Shown here one piece after another: positions 25,176 through 27,802 of a stretch of DNA of 27,802 bases. The translations under genes and the position numbers were made by a program. The notes beneath the pieces were generated by a model. It was not told where the DNA came from. It did no database searches and saw nothing but the letters and a program-made list of their open reading frames with translations. Numbering within the stretch: the first letter of the stretch is position 1; every line of letters begins with the position of its first letter. The stretch is from a virus. Lineage: Duplodnaviria > Caudoviricetes. Where the stretch lies: positions 1 to 27,802 of IMG/VR virus record IMGVR_UViG_3300032303_001454. One strand, given 5' to 3'.

Positions 25176-25874
25176 ATGCCTAAAGGATTCCTGGAGATGG
25201 ACCTGCAAGGGAATATCCGACAGCAGACCAAGGCGCTTCAGGACACCCTGCTCAACACGCTGGGCTGGAAAGGCGTCCGCCGACTGGAGCAGTTTGCCCT
25301 GGTCACCGCAGCTCGGTCAGTCCAAGACGAGGTCCGAGCTCAAGCCCCTGGTGGTCGCAATGGTCGGCTTGGCAAGGCAATCCGAGGGCGCAAGTCGCGC
25401 CTACAGTATCCAGGCGCCATTGTCGGTCCAGTCGGCGGCAAAAAGAACGCCTGGTTCGGCTGGTTTGTCGTCAAGGGCACCAAGCCTCACATGATTCCAG
25501 ACGACACCGTCGGGCGTCGGCTCAACATCCTGGTCGGGGGCAAAGTCGTGCAGCGAGTCAAGCATCCTGGCGCCAAGGCTAATAACTTTGTTACACCGAC
25601 AGTTGAGAAAAACATTCAGCAGGTCCAAGACGCGATTGGCGCCACGATTGTCATGCTAGTCAGCGACGAAGCTAAGCGCAACAAGGTACTCGGGCTCCAA
25701 GCCGAGTACGCGGGCAAGAGTGCAGCTGGCTGGCAAACAAAGTCATGGGCGATTGACTACAAAAACCCCGACAAGATGGATAAGGTCAACGTTGGCAGTA
25801 ATCCACGAGCTCGCAGCGGAGCCCGCCCGAGCGGTACAATGAGCCCCATTCCGCAAGTTAGCAGGAGAAAGTAG
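25176..25874 (+). CDS. HK97 gp10-like tail completion protein
   Basis: Basic protein; VRAQAPG..GRL..AI, FVVKGTKPH and HPGAKANNF. Confidence 0.65.
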   Translation: MPKGFLEMDLQGNIRQQTKALQDTLLNTLGWKGVRRLEQFALVTAARSVQDEVRAQAPGGRNGRLGKAIRGRKSRLQYPGAIVGPVGGKKNAWFGWFVVKGTKPHMIPDDTVGRRLNILVGGKVVQRVKHPGAKANNFVTPTVEKNIQQVQDAIGATIVMLVSDEAKRNKVLGLQAEYAGKSAAGWQTKSWAIDYKNPDKMDKVNVGSNPRARSGARPSGTMSPIPQVSRRK

Positions 25875-25877
25875 GCT

Positions 25878-27728
25878 ATGGCACAAGTTGGTCTAAACAC
25901 CACGCTCACCGCGCGCGACGCTGCCAGCAAGTCCATCAACAACGTCACGCGCAACCTGGGCGGGCTGTCTACCAAAGCTACAGCAGTGGGGTCCGCAATC
26001 GGCACCGCCCTGGGCGGGATCGCCGTCATGGGACTGACAAAGCTGGTTGGGTTCGTGCAGGAGTCTATCGGCGCGGCGTCCAACATGAACGAAACCATGT
26101 CCAAAACCCAGGCAATCTTTGGCGATGCAACCCAGAGCGTGCTGGACTTTGCAAAGGGTGCTGGCGACTCTCTCGGTTTGTCCAAGCAACAGGCGTTGGA
26201 CGCCTCGTCAACCTTTGCCGTGTTCGGCAAGAGCGCTGGTCTAGCTGGGACCGACCTGAGCAAGTTCTCTGGAGACCTCGTCGGTCTGTCTGCCGACTTC
26301 GCGTCGTTCTACAACACGAGCCCGCAAGACGCCATCGTCGCCATCGGTGCCGCGCTCCGAGGTGAGTCCGAGCCAATCCGCCGCTACAACGTGCTCCTCA
26401 ACGACGCAAGTTTGCGCCAGACCGCGTTTGAGATGGGCATTGTCAGTACGACCAAAAAAGCGCTGACGCCGCAGCAAAAGGTGCTGGCAGCTCAAGCGGA
26501 GATCATGAAGCAATCCAAGGTTGCCCAGGGCGACTTCATGAAAACGTCAAAGGGCATGGCAAACCAGCAGCGCATCCTTGCAGCTCAGGTTGCCAACCTG
26601 TCTGCCGAGTTTGGTGAAGCATTCCTGCCGATCATGACCGAGGTCATGGGCTTTATGTCCACCACCATCGTGCCTCTGTTCCGTGAAAAGCTTGTCCCGA
26701 TTATTGCGACGCTAAAAGAGGTCTTGACCAAAGTTGTTGACGAGGTCAAAAAGTTTGTTATCCCAATCTGGGAAAAGCTCCAGCCCGTCATCAAGTCACT
26801 TACCTGGCAGTTCATGGTGTTCAAGGGTCGGCTCCAAGGCTTTATTCGCGACGTCCTAGCCCCGCTCTGGAATCACATCAAGTGGAAGCTTATGGTTGCC
26901 TTTGGGCAGCTCTCGGGCTTCATGCGCGACGTGGTCGGACCAGCGGTAAACAGTCTGGGCAAGGCGCTCCAAGGCGACTTAGGCAAAGCGCTTATTGTTA
27001 TAGCTGGGGCAATCATGGGCGTTGTGGTTGCGATGAAGATTTACCAGGGCGCAATGGCTGCCTACGCCATCATCATGAAGGTAATCCAGCTGCCAACGAT
27101 TATCTTTACGGCGCTTCAGGCAGCCCTCAACGTGGTCATGTCCATGAACCCAATCATGCTAGTAGTCCTGGCAATCGCTGCCTTGGTCGGCGCGTTTATT
27201 GCTGCCTATACCTTTATTGAGCCGTTCAAGACCGCCGTAGACGCTTTGTTTGGAGCGTTGTTTGCGATTGGCAAGTTCATCGTGGACGTGTTTGTCGGGG
27301 CGTTTACCCTGCTCGGTCAAGTTATCGGAAACATCGGCAAGGCGATTATGGACAGCCCATTCGGAACCTTCCTGAAGCTGGCGATTGAAGTTGCCAAGGG
27401 TATCGGCAATATTGTCGGCGCGGTTGGCGACGTTGTTGGCGGAGTAGTCGGCGGCATCGCGGACGGCATCGGATCGGTTGTCGGCGGTATCGGCGGAGCT
27501 ATCGGGAACGCTGTCGGCAAAGCTGTCAACACCGTCGGGGCAGTAGCTGGGGCGGTTGGAAACATTACTGGGATTACGCCTGGTACCCCAGCTGCGACTG
27601 GCACCGCAACGTTTGGTGCCATCCCGCCCGCCCAGACGACAGTCAACGTCACGCTTGACGGTAAAGAGATTGCCAAAAACGTAGACACGCGCATCGGTCG
27701 TGGGGCTGGCACGGGCGGTAGGCAGTAA
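25878..27728 (+). CDS. Tape measure protein
   Basis: TARDAAS N-terminus, LSADFASFYN, GESEPIRRY, ANQQRIL, NPIMLVV and a C-terminal VTLDGKEIA. Confidence 0.9.
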   Translation: MAQVGLNTTLTARDAASKSINNVTRNLGGLSTKATAVGSAIGTALGGIAVMGLTKLVGFVQESIGAASNMNETMSKTQAIFGDATQSVLDFAKGAGDSLGLSKQQALDASSTFAVFGKSAGLAGTDLSKFSGDLVGLSADFASFYNTSPQDAIVAIGAALRGESEPIRRYNVLLNDASLRQTAFEMGIVSTTKKALTPQQKVLAAQAEIMKQSKVAQGDFMKTSKGMANQQRILAAQVANLSAEFGEAFLPIMTEVMGFMSTTIVPLFREKLVPIIATLKEVLTKVVDEVKKFVIPIWEKLQPVIKSLTWQFMVFKGRLQGFIRDVLAPLWNHIKWKLMVAFGQLSGFMRDVVGPAVNSLGKALQGDLGKALIVIAGAIMGVVVAMKIYQGAMAAYAIIMKVIQLPTIIFTALQAALNVVMSMNPIMLVVLAIAALVGAFIAAYTFIEPFKTAVDALFGALFAIGKFIVDVFVGAFTLLGQVIGNIGKAIMDSPFGTFLKLAIEVAKGIGNIVGAVGDVVGGVVGGIADGIGSVVGGIGGAIGNAVGKAVNTVGAVAGAVGNITGITPGTPAATGTATFGAIPPAQTTVNVTLDGKEIAKNVDTRIGRGAGTGGRQ

Positions 27729-27802
27729 TGCCAAGCCAGTTCCAGCTGCTGGTTGACGGCGTTGACTATTTCGCCGCCTGGGAAAACGCCACAACCAGCG
27801 AC
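27728..27802 (+). CDS. Start of the next tail protein (truncated by the window edge)
   Basis: TAATG coupling; MPSQFQLLVDGVDY... Confidence 0.6.
   Translation, partial: MPSQFQLLVDGVDYFAAWENATTSD

Noticed and set aside
27380-27580. Gly/Val/Ala periodic repeats as a separate element
   Set aside because: These are ordinary amphipathic repeats of the tape measure protein.
27159-27794. Long minus-strand ORFs over structural genes (also 10310-11002, 7348-8049, 19549-20115)
   Set aside because: They are shadow ORFs of GC-rich coding sequence with no RBS or motifs.
1-27802. tRNA/rRNA genes and a specific host assignment
   Set aside because: No cloverleaf was seen in the short intergenic gaps, and GC content, promoters and the frameshift motif are not enough to name a host.

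Overview
This 27.8 kb window is part of a high-GC tailed phage genome (siphovirus-like, HK97-type head), with almost all genes on the + strand. The left part (1-8.9 kb) holds early and replication genes: a Cas4-like exonuclease, a Rad52/22 annealase, a Rep-like protein, dNMP kinase, a Gp88-like protein, a resolvase, a secreted RlpA-like protein, a divergently transcribed SprT-like protease and small early ORFs behind sigma70-like promoters. The right part is the virion module: HNH, TerS, TerL, portal, prohead protease, major capsid, GT4 glycosyltransferase, collagen fibre, connector, tail tube, frameshifted tail chaperone and tape measure. The standout is a ~5.5 kb cassette between portal and capsid. 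A conserved peptide, E-[LF]-R followed by H-P-G-H-x-D-Q-S-V-H-[NS]-P-H-K-(G), occurs five times in four ORFs. Each copy sits directly in front of an effector-like domain: ParB-like, two zincin metallopeptidases, a zeta-toxin-like kinase and an unknown domain appended to the prohead protease. I infer a protease-released, tag-directed capsid-cargo system with possibly daisy-chained inhibitor peptides. All domain calls come from motifs recognised by eye; no database searches were run.
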